Below are positions 35,817 through 44,455 of a stretch of 64,000 nt of DNA, piece by piece. Location: positions 3,303 to 67,302 of IMG/VR virus record IMGVR_UViG_3300031901_000001; one strand, written 5' to 3'. The notes beneath the pieces were generated by a model. The model made no database searches. It was not told the DNA's origin and saw nothing but the letters and a program-made list of their open reading frames with translations. The position numbers and the translations under genes were made by a program. How positions within the stretch are numbered: the stretch's first letter is position 1; every line of letters begins with the position of its first letter. This DNA comes from a virus (lineage: Duplodnaviria > Caudoviricetes).

Positions 35817-36053
35817 ATGGCGAAGAAGCAAAGCCAGGCACCGACGCCCACACCGGGCAAGAAGGCCTACATTCTGCAGATCGAAAAGCTGCGGAAGCTG
35901 TATCGGAAATATGCCGAAGGCGAAGCGGAGGACGATGACTTCCCGACGCCGGCCAAACAGAAGAAGGTCGCCAAGCAACTGGCGAATGCTCACAACCGTT
36001 TGCTGAAGAAGGTGCCTGAGTTCAACTTCGAAGAACTCGACGCCGACATCTGA
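35817..36053 (+). CDS. Hypothetical protein
   Basis: SD AAGGGGG; host-like codon bias. Confidence 0.75.
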   Translation: MAKKQSQAPTPTPGKKAYILQIEKLRKLYRKYAEGEAEDDDFPTPAKQKKVAKQLANAHNRLLKKVPEFNFEELDADI

Positions 36054-36056
36054 TCT

Positions 36057-36084
36057 TAAAGGCGGGGATAAACTCCTCGCCTTT
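36057..36084 (+). terminator. Terminator hairpin
   Basis: TAAAGGCGGGGA-TAAAC-TCCTCGCCTTTA. Confidence 0.65.
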
Positions 36085-36100
36085 ATAGTAGGTATTGAAG

Positions 36101-36328
36101 ATGGAAAAGCTGACACACCGAGACTACCTCCGCATCCGTTGCCCAAAGTGTAGCGCTGCGCCTGGTCGTCCCTGTATTCAACCTCGAGTTAAGAAACCGA
36201 CGCCGCATCTTGCTCGTCGACTAGAAGCAAGGAGATTGCACCGTGATGGGCTACTTCGACTTAACCCTCCTGACTCCCTACCTAAATCTGTGTCACCTGA
36301 TACAGGAGGAGTCGAGGAAGATATATGA
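36101..36328 (+). CDS. Small zinc-finger protein
   Basis: CPKCSAAPGRPC..PHLAR. Confidence 0.65.
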   Translation: MEKLTHRDYLRIRCPKCSAAPGRPCIQPRVKKPTPHLARRLEARRLHRDGLLRLNPPDSLPKSVSPDTGGVEEDI

Positions 36329-36545
36329 CGACATACCCGTAGCGAACGCACAGGCTGCTGTGGCTGTATCAGGCGCTGAAGTCGTAGGCCTTGCGCGTTT
36401 GATGATCGACAAAGGCCTGATCACACCTGAGGAGTATACTCTGGCGATTATTGATGGACTTCAGGTAAAACTTGAAGCGTTACAGAAACTTTCTCAAGAA
36501 CAATCCAAGAGAAAACGATGGTATCTTGGGTTTTTTAATGATTGA
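36243..36545 (+). CDS. Hypothetical protein
   Basis: SD AAGGAG before GTG; LMIDKGLITPEEY motif. Confidence 0.6.
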   Translation: MMGYFDLTLLTPYLNLCHLIQEESRKIYDDIPVANAQAAVAVSGAEVVGLARLMIDKGLITPEEYTLAIIDGLQVKLEALQKLSQEQSKRKRWYLGFFND

Positions 36546-36570
36546 CTCCGTCATGCGATTACATTAAAAC
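36542..36570 (+). promoter_or_regulatory. Probable promoter
   Basis: TTGACT-N17-TAAAAC. Confidence 0.45.
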
Positions 36571-36593
36571 AATTGCATGAAAGGAGATAAATC

Positions 36594-36965
36594 ATGATCA
36601 CGACGCCGATGAAAATACCGAAGTCCGCCATCACGGAGCGTAAGCTGCGTAAGCTTCTCCAGGAAGCGATTAACAAGAACGGCACCTCGACGGGGTGGGC
36701 GATCGAAAACGAGATTACGCCCCAGGCTGTCAGCGCATTTGAGCGACAGATCCAATCGGCGGGATTGCAAATCCCTGCGGCCCTCGGCTACAAGCCGGCT
36801 CTGGTGTTCATCCCTGTGGATGAAGAAGACTTGGCGGTCAAGCCCCCGAGTCGACTGAAGGAAACGCCTCCAACCAAGGATGAGGTCCTGGCGAAGAAAG
36901 CGAAGGACAAAAAGAAAGCTGCCAAGTCGAAGGACAAGGATAAGAAAAAGAAGAAGACCAAATGA
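36594..36965 (+). CDS. HTH-like protein with poly-Lys tail
   Basis: SD AAGGAG; WAIENEITPQAVSAF; K-rich C-terminus. Confidence 0.75.
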   Translation: MITTPMKIPKSAITERKLRKLLQEAINKNGTSTGWAIENEITPQAVSAFERQIQSAGLQIPAALGYKPALVFIPVDEEDLAVKPPSRLKETPPTKDEVLAKKAKDKKKAAKSKDKDKKKKKTK

Positions 36966-37297
36966 CCTGGGAAAGCTTGAAAACCGACTTTTTCTTTGAT
37001 GAGATATTGGGGGTGATTGAAAGAGATTGGCCCGATCATGACTACGTAGTTCAACGGGTAGCTCGTGACAGGGCTAATATGTGCGGGAAACACCGTAGGC
37101 AAGATGGTGATGACTATTATGCCGCGATCTTTCCTCCCGAGTTTGTTGACAGTCGAGGAAAAGACGGTGACAGGTTCGTTGGGTTCGGGCCCACAAGGCT
37201 GGAGGCTATCAAGGCTGCATACTCCAATTTCATCAACCTTGTCCCCGATGAGCACTGGCGAAATGCCCGAGTAAGAAGAAGGGGGAGAAAGAAATGA
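36962..37297 (+). CDS. Hypothetical protein
   Basis: Coupled start; GFGPTRLEAI.AA motif. Confidence 0.7.
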   Translation: MTWESLKTDFFFDEILGVIERDWPDHDYVVQRVARDRANMCGKHRRQDGDDYYAAIFPPEFVDSRGKDGDRFVGFGPTRLEAIKAAYSNFINLVPDEHWRNARVRRRGRKK

Positions 37298-37551
37298 TCG
37301 AGTATTTAATGGTAGCGGCGCTCTGGGGTTGGTGCGGCATGGGAATTGTCCGTCCTCATTGGAAGAGCATCGTTCAAAAGATGAAGGCCCAGGACATCTC
37401 AGCTTATAGCCTAAGGCTAAAGCCTCACAACTCAGATATGGATTATGCCATAGTTCGGATAGTCTGCATTCTCTTCGTGATCGTATGGCCGGTCTTTCTG
37501 TTTATCTTCGCTTTTGCGGTATATAGGAAGTATCGAGAACGTGGGAGTTGA
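37294..37551 (+). CDS. 2-TM membrane protein
   Basis: Two hydrophobic segments. Confidence 0.7.
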   Translation: MIEYLMVAALWGWCGMGIVRPHWKSIVQKMKAQDISAYSLRLKPHNSDMDYAIVRIVCILFVIVWPVFLFIFAFAVYRKYRERGS

Positions 37552-37576
37552 CCGCGGTCAACATCGATTGTAAATT
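37547..37576 (+). promoter_or_regulatory. Promoter overlapping a perfect 16-bp palindrome GTTGACCGCGGTCAAC
   Basis: TTGACC-N17-TAAATT; palindrome at 37547-37562. Confidence 0.55.
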
Positions 37577-37600
37577 ATGATTGTTGAAAGGAGAATGCTA

Positions 37601-37831
37601 ATGTCTGTTGTCCCCATGCGTCGCCCCAAGATCAAAAAGGGATACATGCCTACCGAGCAGGACTTGCTCGCTATGCCTCTCGCTGCAACCAACGAGTATG
37701 AGCTGAGCGACCTCGAGACGAAGAAGCTTCGTCAACGAGTTTACGCTCTCAACAAAGAAAACGCCTCCTTCAAGTGGCGAACGATGCGAGAAGCTCCTTA
37801 CACCATCCTGTGGAAATTGAGGAGGCGGTGA
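37601..37831 (+). CDS. Small basic protein
   Basis: SD AAGGAG. Confidence 0.7.
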   Translation: MSVVPMRRPKIKKGYMPTEQDLLAMPLAATNEYELSDLETKKLRQRVYALNKENASFKWRTMREAPYTILWKLRRR

Positions 37832-37832
37832 C

Positions 37833-38174
37833 ATGCCGCATTTCCTTTATGGGACTTATATCCCGTATACCGAACCTCATCTATATGGTGAAAGCCTCGG
37901 GATCGTAACTGATCCCGAATGGTTGTATAAATACACTACTCTCGGTGAACTTACTCCCCGTAAGAAACTTCACCATGTTGCTCGCCTTTGGCATATCCTC
38001 GATCTTGAGTGTAGTGCATTATCTTGGATAGAGCATGGCAAGGAGCAAACGGTATTTGTTCCTGGTTTTCATAACCAACAAGAAACTCTTCTTATAGCGA
38101 GGAGTGTATGGGGCCCCTACATACCATCGCCAACCACTTTCAGGATCAAGGAGCAGGTATGGCAAATTACATAA
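37833..38174 (+). CDS. Hypothetical protein
   Basis: SD GGAGG. Confidence 0.65.
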   Translation: MPHFLYGTYIPYTEPHLYGESLGIVTDPEWLYKYTTLGELTPRKKLHHVARLWHILDLECSALSWIEHGKEQTVFVPGFHNQQETLLIARSVWGPYIPSPTTFRIKEQVWQIT

Positions 38175-38413
38175 ACGGTAAGCCTGACTTCGATTTGTAC
38201 TCAGGCGTAGGAGTTAGCCCGACGATACGCGATCAGGCCTTGCAGGACGATCATTACCAAGGATCATTCAGCGACTATGGTGACGCTCATGCTGAGGCGT
38301 CCAGGTTGCGCTCGGGCGGCGACATCGACTGGTTTGTCATCATGCACGGGCAAACGAACTACGCCGGGTGGCAGAGTGGCCTCACCGGACCTCGTCAACG
38401 TCAAGGGGCTTAA
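38159..38413 (+). CDS. Hypothetical protein
   Basis: SD AAGGAG. Confidence 0.6.
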   Translation: MANYINGKPDFDLYSGVGVSPTIRDQALQDDHYQGSFSDYGDAHAEASRLRSGGDIDWFVIMHGQTNYAGWQSGLTGPRQRQGA

Positions 38414-38414
38414 G

Positions 38415-39317
38415 ATGAAGATAACGCGGGTTATGAAGGGGGAACTGATCGAGGATTATACCAAGATCAAATTTCCCGTGCTTGCTTCACCAAAGATTGA
38501 TGGCTTCCGTTGCGTCGTAGGATCACAGGCCTACACTAGTCGGATGGGACGATTTCCCAACAAGAAAGTCCATAAAGCTCTCAAAGACTTGTTGACTGAT
38601 GAGACGCCTATTGACGGCGAAATCGTGGTGGGTAAGCGTAGGGGCCCCGGAGTTCTACAACGAACCTCATCGGGGGTTACCTCAGAGAGCGGTGATCCGG
38701 ACTGGCGCCTGTGGGTATTCGATGCTCCTCGTGAGGGTGTCAGCAAGCTTAATCGACTAAAGCTAGCCGCTAAGTCTGTAAAGGCTTTAGGCGATAAGCG
38801 CATCCGTTTTCTCAAGCATGAAGTTATCCACAATATCGAGGAATTGAAGGAGTACATTGAAGCTTGCTTGAAATCGGGATTTGAGGGGGTCATGATCAGT
38901 GATCCCGAGGGTCCCTATAAACAGGGCAAGTCTACGCTTCGCCAAGGTTGGTTACTCAAGATTAAACCCTTTGAGACCAGCGAAGCCAAGATTACCGGTT
39001 ACTTCGAGGAGATGGAGAATACCAATGAGCAAACGAGGGACGCGACAGGCAAGGCGAAACGCTCTTCGAAAAAGGAAGGTAAAAAACCAAAAGGCACTCT
39101 TGGTGGCTTCATCGGAACCGACATCCACACTGGCCAACCTGTTCGGTGTGGAGGTGGATTTTCTGCGGCACAGCGTAAAGCCTTTTGGCGAGTAAAGGAT
39201 AGGCTTGTTCGGGACGGTGAAATCTTCACCTACTCGAAACAATCGACAGGAGAAAAGGATGCACCGCGTCATCCTAACTTCTGTCACCTTCGTCCCGGCT
39301 GGGATATTGACAAGTGA
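38415..39317 (+). CDS. ATP-dependent DNA ligase
   Basis: SPKIDGFR (motif I), IDGEI, WVFD, GFEGVM, LLKIK, PRHP. Confidence 0.92.
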   Translation: MKITRVMKGELIEDYTKIKFPVLASPKIDGFRCVVGSQAYTSRMGRFPNKKVHKALKDLLTDETPIDGEIVVGKRRGPGVLQRTSSGVTSESGDPDWRLWVFDAPREGVSKLNRLKLAAKSVKALGDKRIRFLKHEVIHNIEELKEYIEACLKSGFEGVMISDPEGPYKQGKSTLRQGWLLKIKPFETSEAKITGYFEEMENTNEQTRDATGKAKRSSKKEGKKPKGTLGGFIGTDIHTGQPVRCGGGFSAAQRKAFWRVKDRLVRDGEIFTYSKQSTGEKDAPRHPNFCHLRPGWDIDK

Positions 39318-39550
39318 GCGCCAAGCGTAAGGCGGCGATGTTTCGACAGAAAGCACAAGAAGATAAGAAACGATTTAAGAAAGGTCCCTGTTGTGCTATC
39401 TGCATCGAGACGCCATTTACCTCCGCGGACCTGCCCTTGCCTGGCCAGTTCAATAGGCCATCGAGCATGGACCACTTCTGTAGCCGTAGGAATGGTTTAC
39501 TCGTGAGCCCTGACTCTGGTCGGCACTGCTCCGTGTTCCAACGAAAGTGA
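39314..39550 (+). CDS. Small Cys-rich protein
   Basis: CAIC..DHFC..C. Confidence 0.6.
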   Translation: MSAKRKAAMFRQKAQEDKKRFKKGPCCAICIETPFTSADLPLPGQFNRPSSMDHFCSRRNGLLVSPDSGRHCSVFQRK

Positions 39551-39578
39551 CGGAGAGTTTTTTCGAGAATTTAGAGAG

Positions 39579-39607
39579 TTGTGACCATATTACTTAAATT
39601 GTAATAT
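39579..39607 (+). promoter_or_regulatory. Probable promoter
   Basis: AGAG-TTGTGA-N17-TAATAT in AT-rich intergenic DNA. Confidence 0.5.
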
Positions 39608-39655
39608 ATGTTTATCTGATGACATATAGTCATCGATAGAATGGGGCAATAAAAT

Positions 39656-39865
39656 ATGTATCTCGATAAGATTGAATTGGGTATCGCAGTATCGATCCTT
39701 CGCACACATGCAGGCATGTCCGACCTGAGTATCCATAAAGCAATGTCGGAACATATGCCTGACCTTGAAACAATCAATGACCTTGAGGAAGATCGTGATG
39801 TCTTGTCTGAAATTGCAGACAAGATGGAACGCATGATCCCCTCAGCTCCCGCCTGCGTTGACTAA
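39656..39865 (+). CDS. Hypothetical protein
   Basis: Follows promoter. Confidence 0.65.
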   Translation: MYLDKIELGIAVSILRTHAGMSDLSIHKAMSEHMPDLETINDLEEDRDVLSEIADKMERMIPSAPACVD

Positions 39866-40404
39866 TGTCGATGCTACCTTTCAAGATCGTTCAATCTGAC
39901 GGCGGGGACTTAAAGGTCCTCGCCACAGTGGCAGACGCATCCACCGCCCATGCCTTGTTCAGCTTCTTCGTTGAAGACTTGCATGAAGAACAAGGTAGCT
40001 ATCCAACCATCTGGCTTGAGGAGTGGAAGGAAGATCGTTGGGTTATATCCCACAAGGAAGACATCGAAGAAAACAAGCGCCTGATATTGGCTATGACTGA
40101 AGGTCAACCAAAAAGCCGTCGCCTCCTGTGGCGTCATATTGGCAAGGCCGAGCAGCGATTTATTATTCGAGCTATGGAAGAATATATCCAGACCAACGAG
40201 CTTTCACTTCACGCTAGGACTCGAGGTGTCTTCAAGAAAATGCATGAAGACTGTTCCTACGGTCATAGTGAATTTATAAGCAAGGTTGAAGAACATCTGT
40301 TCAAGCCCTATGAAGAGCTTGATCGCATGAAGAACCTTGTCGCGTTTTTGCGTGATCGTCCGATCATCGTAGAAACCTACGTCTTAATTCCCGAACAGCT
40401 TTAA
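39865..40404 (+). CDS. Hypothetical protein
   Basis: TAATG coupling. Confidence 0.7.
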   Translation: MSMLPFKIVQSDGGDLKVLATVADASTAHALFSFFVEDLHEEQGSYPTIWLEEWKEDRWVISHKEDIEENKRLILAMTEGQPKSRRLLWRHIGKAEQRFIIRAMEEYIQTNELSLHARTRGVFKKMHEDCSYGHSEFISKVEEHLFKPYEELDRMKNLVAFLRDRPIIVETYVLIPEQL

Positions 40405-40415
40405 GGAGAATACCC

Positions 40416-40859
40416 ATGAACGGTGCAGAAGCGCTTACCCGACTTATAACCTCCGCGGATGAGAGGATCGGGAAAGACCCCGCGCCCCTGACGCCGGCGG
40501 AAAGCGATGAACTGCAGGTTGCCGCTGCTGTTTGTCAGGCGATGCTTAACACGATGTTGCCGATTGCCCGTTTCCGTGCTCATGTTGAGATCGACGCAGA
40601 TCAGGCGAAGCGTACTCCTGGGAAGGCGAAGCTTGCAGCAACGTCTGAGTTCACGGCTTGCTCGGTTTCGATGGATGGTATCCGATCTTCGCTGACCGCG
40701 TTATCCTCTGTGGAAACCAATGTCCGTATCTCGATTTGGGAACAACGGGCAAATGGCGCTGACATGCTCAGTGGTTTTCAGGGTAAAACGAAAACCCAAC
40801 AGTTCCGCATTTTCATGGAGGGGCTTTCGGCACTCGAAGCTCTACCGACGATCCAATGA
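40416..40859 (+). CDS. Hypothetical protein
   Basis: SD AAGGAG. Confidence 0.75.
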   Translation: MNGAEALTRLITSADERIGKDPAPLTPAESDELQVAAAVCQAMLNTMLPIARFRAHVEIDADQAKRTPGKAKLAATSEFTACSVSMDGIRSSLTALSSVETNVRISIWEQRANGADMLSGFQGKTKTQQFRIFMEGLSALEALPTIQ

Positions 40860-41158
40860 GTTGCGATCATCCTCAGTTCCTTGCGGATATCAATGTTGGC
40901 CGGATCACTCAAGAGGAGGGTGGTCCGGTTGTTGCGTTTATTGCCGATGCCTCTGTCGAGTGTGCAGTATGCGGCCAGCAATTTGAAGTCTGCTGGGATG
41001 AGCCCGCTGACCCGACTATTATACCCCTGAGCATAGAATTGCAGCAACGCAGGCCCTGGGTTTCTGGTTTGGGTAGGATTATGGGGTGGTGCCTTAGGCC
41101 TGTTTCTGAGCGGGAACCCTGGCAAGGAGGCAATGTCGACTACAGCGGGAGCGCCTGA
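40856..41158 (+). CDS. Small Zn-binding-like protein
   Basis: CDH..ECAVCG. Confidence 0.65.
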   Translation: MSCDHPQFLADINVGRITQEEGGPVVAFIADASVECAVCGQQFEVCWDEPADPTIIPLSIELQQRRPWVSGLGRIMGWCLRPVSEREPWQGGNVDYSGSA

Positions 41159-41517
41159 TGGCACGTGAGAAAAGGGTTAAAGTCAAACGGGGAAGGTCGG
41201 GCCGCATTCGCTCTAGCCGAAAGGAGAACCCGACACCCAGTGATAGCGAGGACAGGTCATGGATCTTAAGGTCGAAGAACCGATCCGTAGCTGTGGCAGT
41301 ATTGAACGGCAAGTCTACCTTTAGCTTTTGGGCTTCCATAGAGAAGGACGGTCCCGCCCTAGTCAGCCATTACTTCCCGGCTTGTCACTTCATCTCGGGG
41401 GGTCGTGTCTATCACGGCTTTGCATTCCGCCATCACCGGGAAGACTTTCTCGAGCAGCATGTAGATGCCCGTCGAGAATACACTGACGTTGCCTTGATGA
41501 AAAGACGAGAAATTTAA
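41158..41517 (+). CDS. Hypothetical basic protein
   Basis: TGATG coupling. Confidence 0.65.
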   Translation: MAREKRVKVKRGRSGRIRSSRKENPTPSDSEDRSWILRSKNRSVAVAVLNGKSTFSFWASIEKDGPALVSHYFPACHFISGGRVYHGFAFRHHREDFLEQHVDARREYTDVALMKRREI

Positions 41518-41526
41518 CGCGCTTAG

Positions 41527-41781
41527 GTCGCGTTTGTGCATCGATCACGCATCATCGATCAATGAAACATCGATTAACGTCCTGAGGCGTCCCAGAATTG
41601 ATCTGAGGACGCCTTTATTGTGTCGTTTGATCGTGCGTTATGTGTTGCGTGTCGAATATCGCATGAAACTGGCACAAAAATAGCGCCTCGGGCGTTACCA
41701 AGGCGCGTCATATGCGTTCGATATGTGCAATCATGCGTCGATTGACGCGATAACGTCCTAAGACGCCTTGAAATCCTCGTT
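41527..41781. repeat. Three 55-56-nt blocks free of CC/CT/GG/AG, spaced 87-89 nt
   Basis: 41527-41581, 41614-41669, 41703-41757; blocks 1 and 3 end in TAACGTCCTRAGRCG. Confidence 0.75.
41585..41619 (+). terminator. Terminator at the convergence of transcription
   Basis: AGGCGTCC-CAGA-ATTGA-TCTG-A-GGACGCCT-TTATT. Confidence 0.7.
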
Positions 41782-42097
41782 ATTTCTTACGTTTAGGTGT
41801 CTTGCGCTTGATCAATGCCCTGACGGCATCGTTCTCTCCCCACCACTTCGAGAACTTACGAACCTTCGATAGACGACGTTTCTCAATACGCTTCCTATCC
41901 AAGGCATTGCGCTCTATAAAGTAATCGACAGCGGCAAGAACATCCGCCACCTCATCTTCTGTGGAAAGGATAAGGCTACGTTTACGACCGGGATGTTTTC
42001 CTGAAGGGAACTCTTCCAGCTTCATTAGCTCAACTACAAGCTCGCCGCATTCCTCAGCAGTCTTGCGAAGACCCATCCACCTTTTAACCCCCATATG
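41780..42097 (-). CDS. MazG-like NTP pyrophosphatase
   Basis: KTAEECGELV..K..DEVADV. Confidence 0.8.
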   Translation of the reverse strand, partial: HMGVKRWMGLRKTAEECGELVVELMKLEEFPSGKHPGRKRSLILSTEDEVADVLAAVDYFIERNALDRKRIEKRRLSKVRKFSKWWGENDAVRALIKRKTPKRKK

Positions 42098-42214
42098 ATC
42101 CTCCGAGATATAAACACAGGTTAACATATTGATGCAGCATTATAATGTCAACATCTCTTCAAGAAGTATAGCATAATATGGGATGCAGTATTCAACACGG
42201 ACTAGAGCTTTGAT

Positions 42215-42691
42215 ATGACTGCATTTCTTCGTTTGCCGCCGCTACACCCGGAACGGGCGATAGAATGGCTAATCGGGATGATCGGGTTATCATGGGGAGG
42301 TGTAGTCCTTTCCTTTACCCGAATGTTTGAGTCTCAGCCAGCTCTTTATTCTGGCATGTTGTCGATCCTTCCTCAACCTTTATGGGGTATGGCTGCCTTC
42401 GCTAACGGTCTTCTTCGACTGGGGGCATTGTATATCAATGGCAATCACTTCCGAACACCCTCGATAAGAATGGTCACGAGCTTCTTATCTATGTTGATAT
42501 GGTTTTCTGTCTTAGTCGGTCTTCTTAAAACAGGCATTCCTCAACCGGGATGGGCTATCTACCCCTGCCTACTCCTCGGCGACCTGTGGTCTGTTTACCG
42601 TGCATCGCAAGATGCCTACGTCAGTAATACCCTACACAAGAAACTCAGGACAGTCGTTGGGGGTACTGCAGGTGTCCACAGAGGTCGTTAA
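42215..42691 (+). CDS. 4-TM membrane protein (possible accessory holin-like)
   Basis: Four hydrophobic helices. Confidence 0.75.
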   Translation: MTAFLRLPPLHPERAIEWLIGMIGLSWGGVVLSFTRMFESQPALYSGMLSILPQPLWGMAAFANGLLRLGALYINGNHFRTPSIRMVTSFLSMLIWFSVLVGLLKTGIPQPGWAIYPCLLLGDLWSVYRASQDAYVSNTLHKKLRTVVGGTAGVHRGR

Positions 42692-42998
42692 TCAAGCTGC
42701 AAGTGTAGATTGGAATATAGTCGCAGGTGCAGTAGCAACTTTTTTTGTTACGGCATGGGTGGCATGGTCCGGCAGGCAGAAAGCTAAAAAGGAAGACGAG
42801 AAGACTACTCGGGAAATACCCGCGATCTTAACGGGTGCAACGTTACAAGATAACTACACAATGATCCAGCTTGCTGATGCACACAAGCAATTAGCTGCCG
42901 AGATAAAATTGCTCACGTATGTTGCTACTCAGATCAACGAACACCTGATTGAAGCTCAAGTTGAAATGCGACGGTTGACAGACGCTCTACGGCCCTGA
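42672..42998 (+). CDS. Single-TM protein with coiled-coil C-terminus
   Basis: GTG start; IVAGAVATFFVTAWVAW followed by basic stretch. Confidence 0.7.
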   Translation: MSTEVVNQAASVDWNIVAGAVATFFVTAWVAWSGRQKAKKEDEKTTREIPAILTGATLQDNYTMIQLADAHKQLAAEIKLLTYVATQINEHLIEAQVEMRRLTDALRP

Positions 42999-43123
42999 TA
43001 TAACACCGTCGTCGGATTGTTCACCAGGTTCTTGACTTTCGGGCGTTGAGATTACTCCGCCCTCTAGGTCCTGATCGCTCTTGTTCCCGACATCTCCCTA
43101 CATCGTTAAAGAAAGGAAGAGTT

Positions 43124-43372
43124 ATGGCTACTCGTGCCAAATTCGTTTGTCGGTCGATTGAAGACTTTGGAATGACCAAGCAAGTCAAGCTATCGGTTGT
43201 TTATGCACCTGACGCCAACGGCGAAGACGCCGGCTTCACGAAGGCCACGCCTTGGGGTGAAGTGGTCATGGCAATTGATAATCCGGCTGCAGCTTGTCAG
43301 TTCGTGATCGGCAAGCATTACTACGCCGATTTTCATGAGGTGCCGGAGAAGCGAGTTGACAAGTCGGCATGA
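43124..43372 (+). CDS. Conserved hypothetical protein
   Basis: SD AAGGAAG; RAKF.C..F.KATP.G...M.IDNP.A..F..GK.YY.DF pattern. Confidence 0.8.
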   Translation: MATRAKFVCRSIEDFGMTKQVKLSVVYAPDANGEDAGFTKATPWGEVVMAIDNPAAACQFVIGKHYYADFHEVPEKRVDKSA

Positions 43373-43385
43373 CGGTTGATATAAA
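43356..43385 (+). promoter_or_regulatory. Sigma70-like promoter pointing at the thyX 3' end
   Basis: GAG-TTGACA-N18-TATAAA. Confidence 0.45.
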
Positions 43386-43510
43386 CATCATCGTTGACTT
43401 GTAGGAAAGTTGATGGGTGGACGTGGGAGTCCGTTCCTTATATTTTAACCCTGGCGGTTATGAACCCGCAGCAGGAATGAAACCAAGGCACTATCCCACG
43501 TCCATTCTAC

Positions 43511-44455
43511 TTACAACTTGCGGATGTCCAATGCCCGCTCGCCCGGTATCAGCTTACGATGCTGAACCCACCCGTAAAGGTTCCCGTGAAGCAGAGGCTG
43601 TTCCCAATGGCCTTCATCCTCGTCTTCGATCCAACGATCAGGAGTGCACTGATGCTCGGACGGGGTTGCATGAGGAGGAGTGTCAGTGATCAGTCGATCA
43701 TACCGAGCGAACTCATCTGATAGCTTATCGCTCCCGTCGAAAGGCTTGTAGGAAAGTCGAGCACAACGAGCAGTCGATAGCTTGAGCGCTTCTTCAAGGG
43801 TCAGGCTATATCGTTTGCCTTCAGCATCGCTTGTCCAGAACAGCTGCTTGTCACGAACCCGAGTCCAATGGACATAAGGCATATGCCACTCACCCGGACG
43901 CAAAAGCTGAGGAGTCGAGTCCGCCAAAGCCTTGTTCATCATTGCAGCCATTGTCTGCAACTCAGGCTGAGCGGCACTGTGGATACGAAGGTTCCAGAAG
44001 TTCTGCAGGTTTGTTGAGGTGATCAGTACATCGATCCAGCCAAACCACTCGAGAGGACGATTTGCCCACTGTTTGTGAACACCCAGTTCATGAAGTTTCT
44101 CGACTTCAGCCTGAGTATGACGAGCAAGATCATACCAGATCTTTTCAGCAAGCTTTCTTGCGGGCTCGGGCATTTCTTGTAAGGCTTGCATCCCGGGCTG
44201 GTTCTGCATGAAGTGAGGCATGAAAGGGTCTTCAGCCAATAGCTTCACGGTGGGGACTGCACGACTGCTCCTCGCATTTCGGCTGAAGTCCCTGTGGGTC
44301 ATCACTTCGGCATGGATCGGCCGCCAATAACGAGCATGCCAAGTCGGGAGCCTTATCCCATCGGGACTGATGCTATCAGCGATAATCTTAACCTCAGCCG
44401 GTACTTCATTGTAGAGCATACCGGCGGGGATCGTATCAAAACCTCCAAAGGTCAT
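43511..44455 (-). CDS. thyX: Flavin-dependent thymidylate synthase
   Basis: HAEVMTHRDFSRNARSSRA (RHRx7S-type), HKQWANR.LE, HSAAQPE, CARLSY. Confidence 0.88.
   Translation of the reverse strand: MTFGGFDTIPAGMLYNEVPAEVKIIADSISPDGIRLPTWHARYWRPIHAEVMTHRDFSRNARSSRAVPTVKLLAEDPFMPHFMQNQPGMQALQEMPEPARKLAEKIWYDLARHTQAEVEKLHELGVHKQWANRPLEWFGWIDVLITSTNLQNFWNLRIHSAAQPELQTMAAMMNKALADSTPQLLRPGEWHMPYVHWTRVRDKQLFWTSDAEGKRYSLTLEEALKLSTARCARLSYKPFDGSDKLSDEFARYDRLITDTPPHATPSEHQCTPDRWIEDEDEGHWEQPLLHGNLYGWVQHRKLIPGERALDIRKL

Noticed and set aside
43000-43120. Hairpins upstream of the 43124 gene as a riboswitch
   Set aside because: Only one short stem (GGGCG..CGCCC) is clear; no recognisable riboswitch motif.
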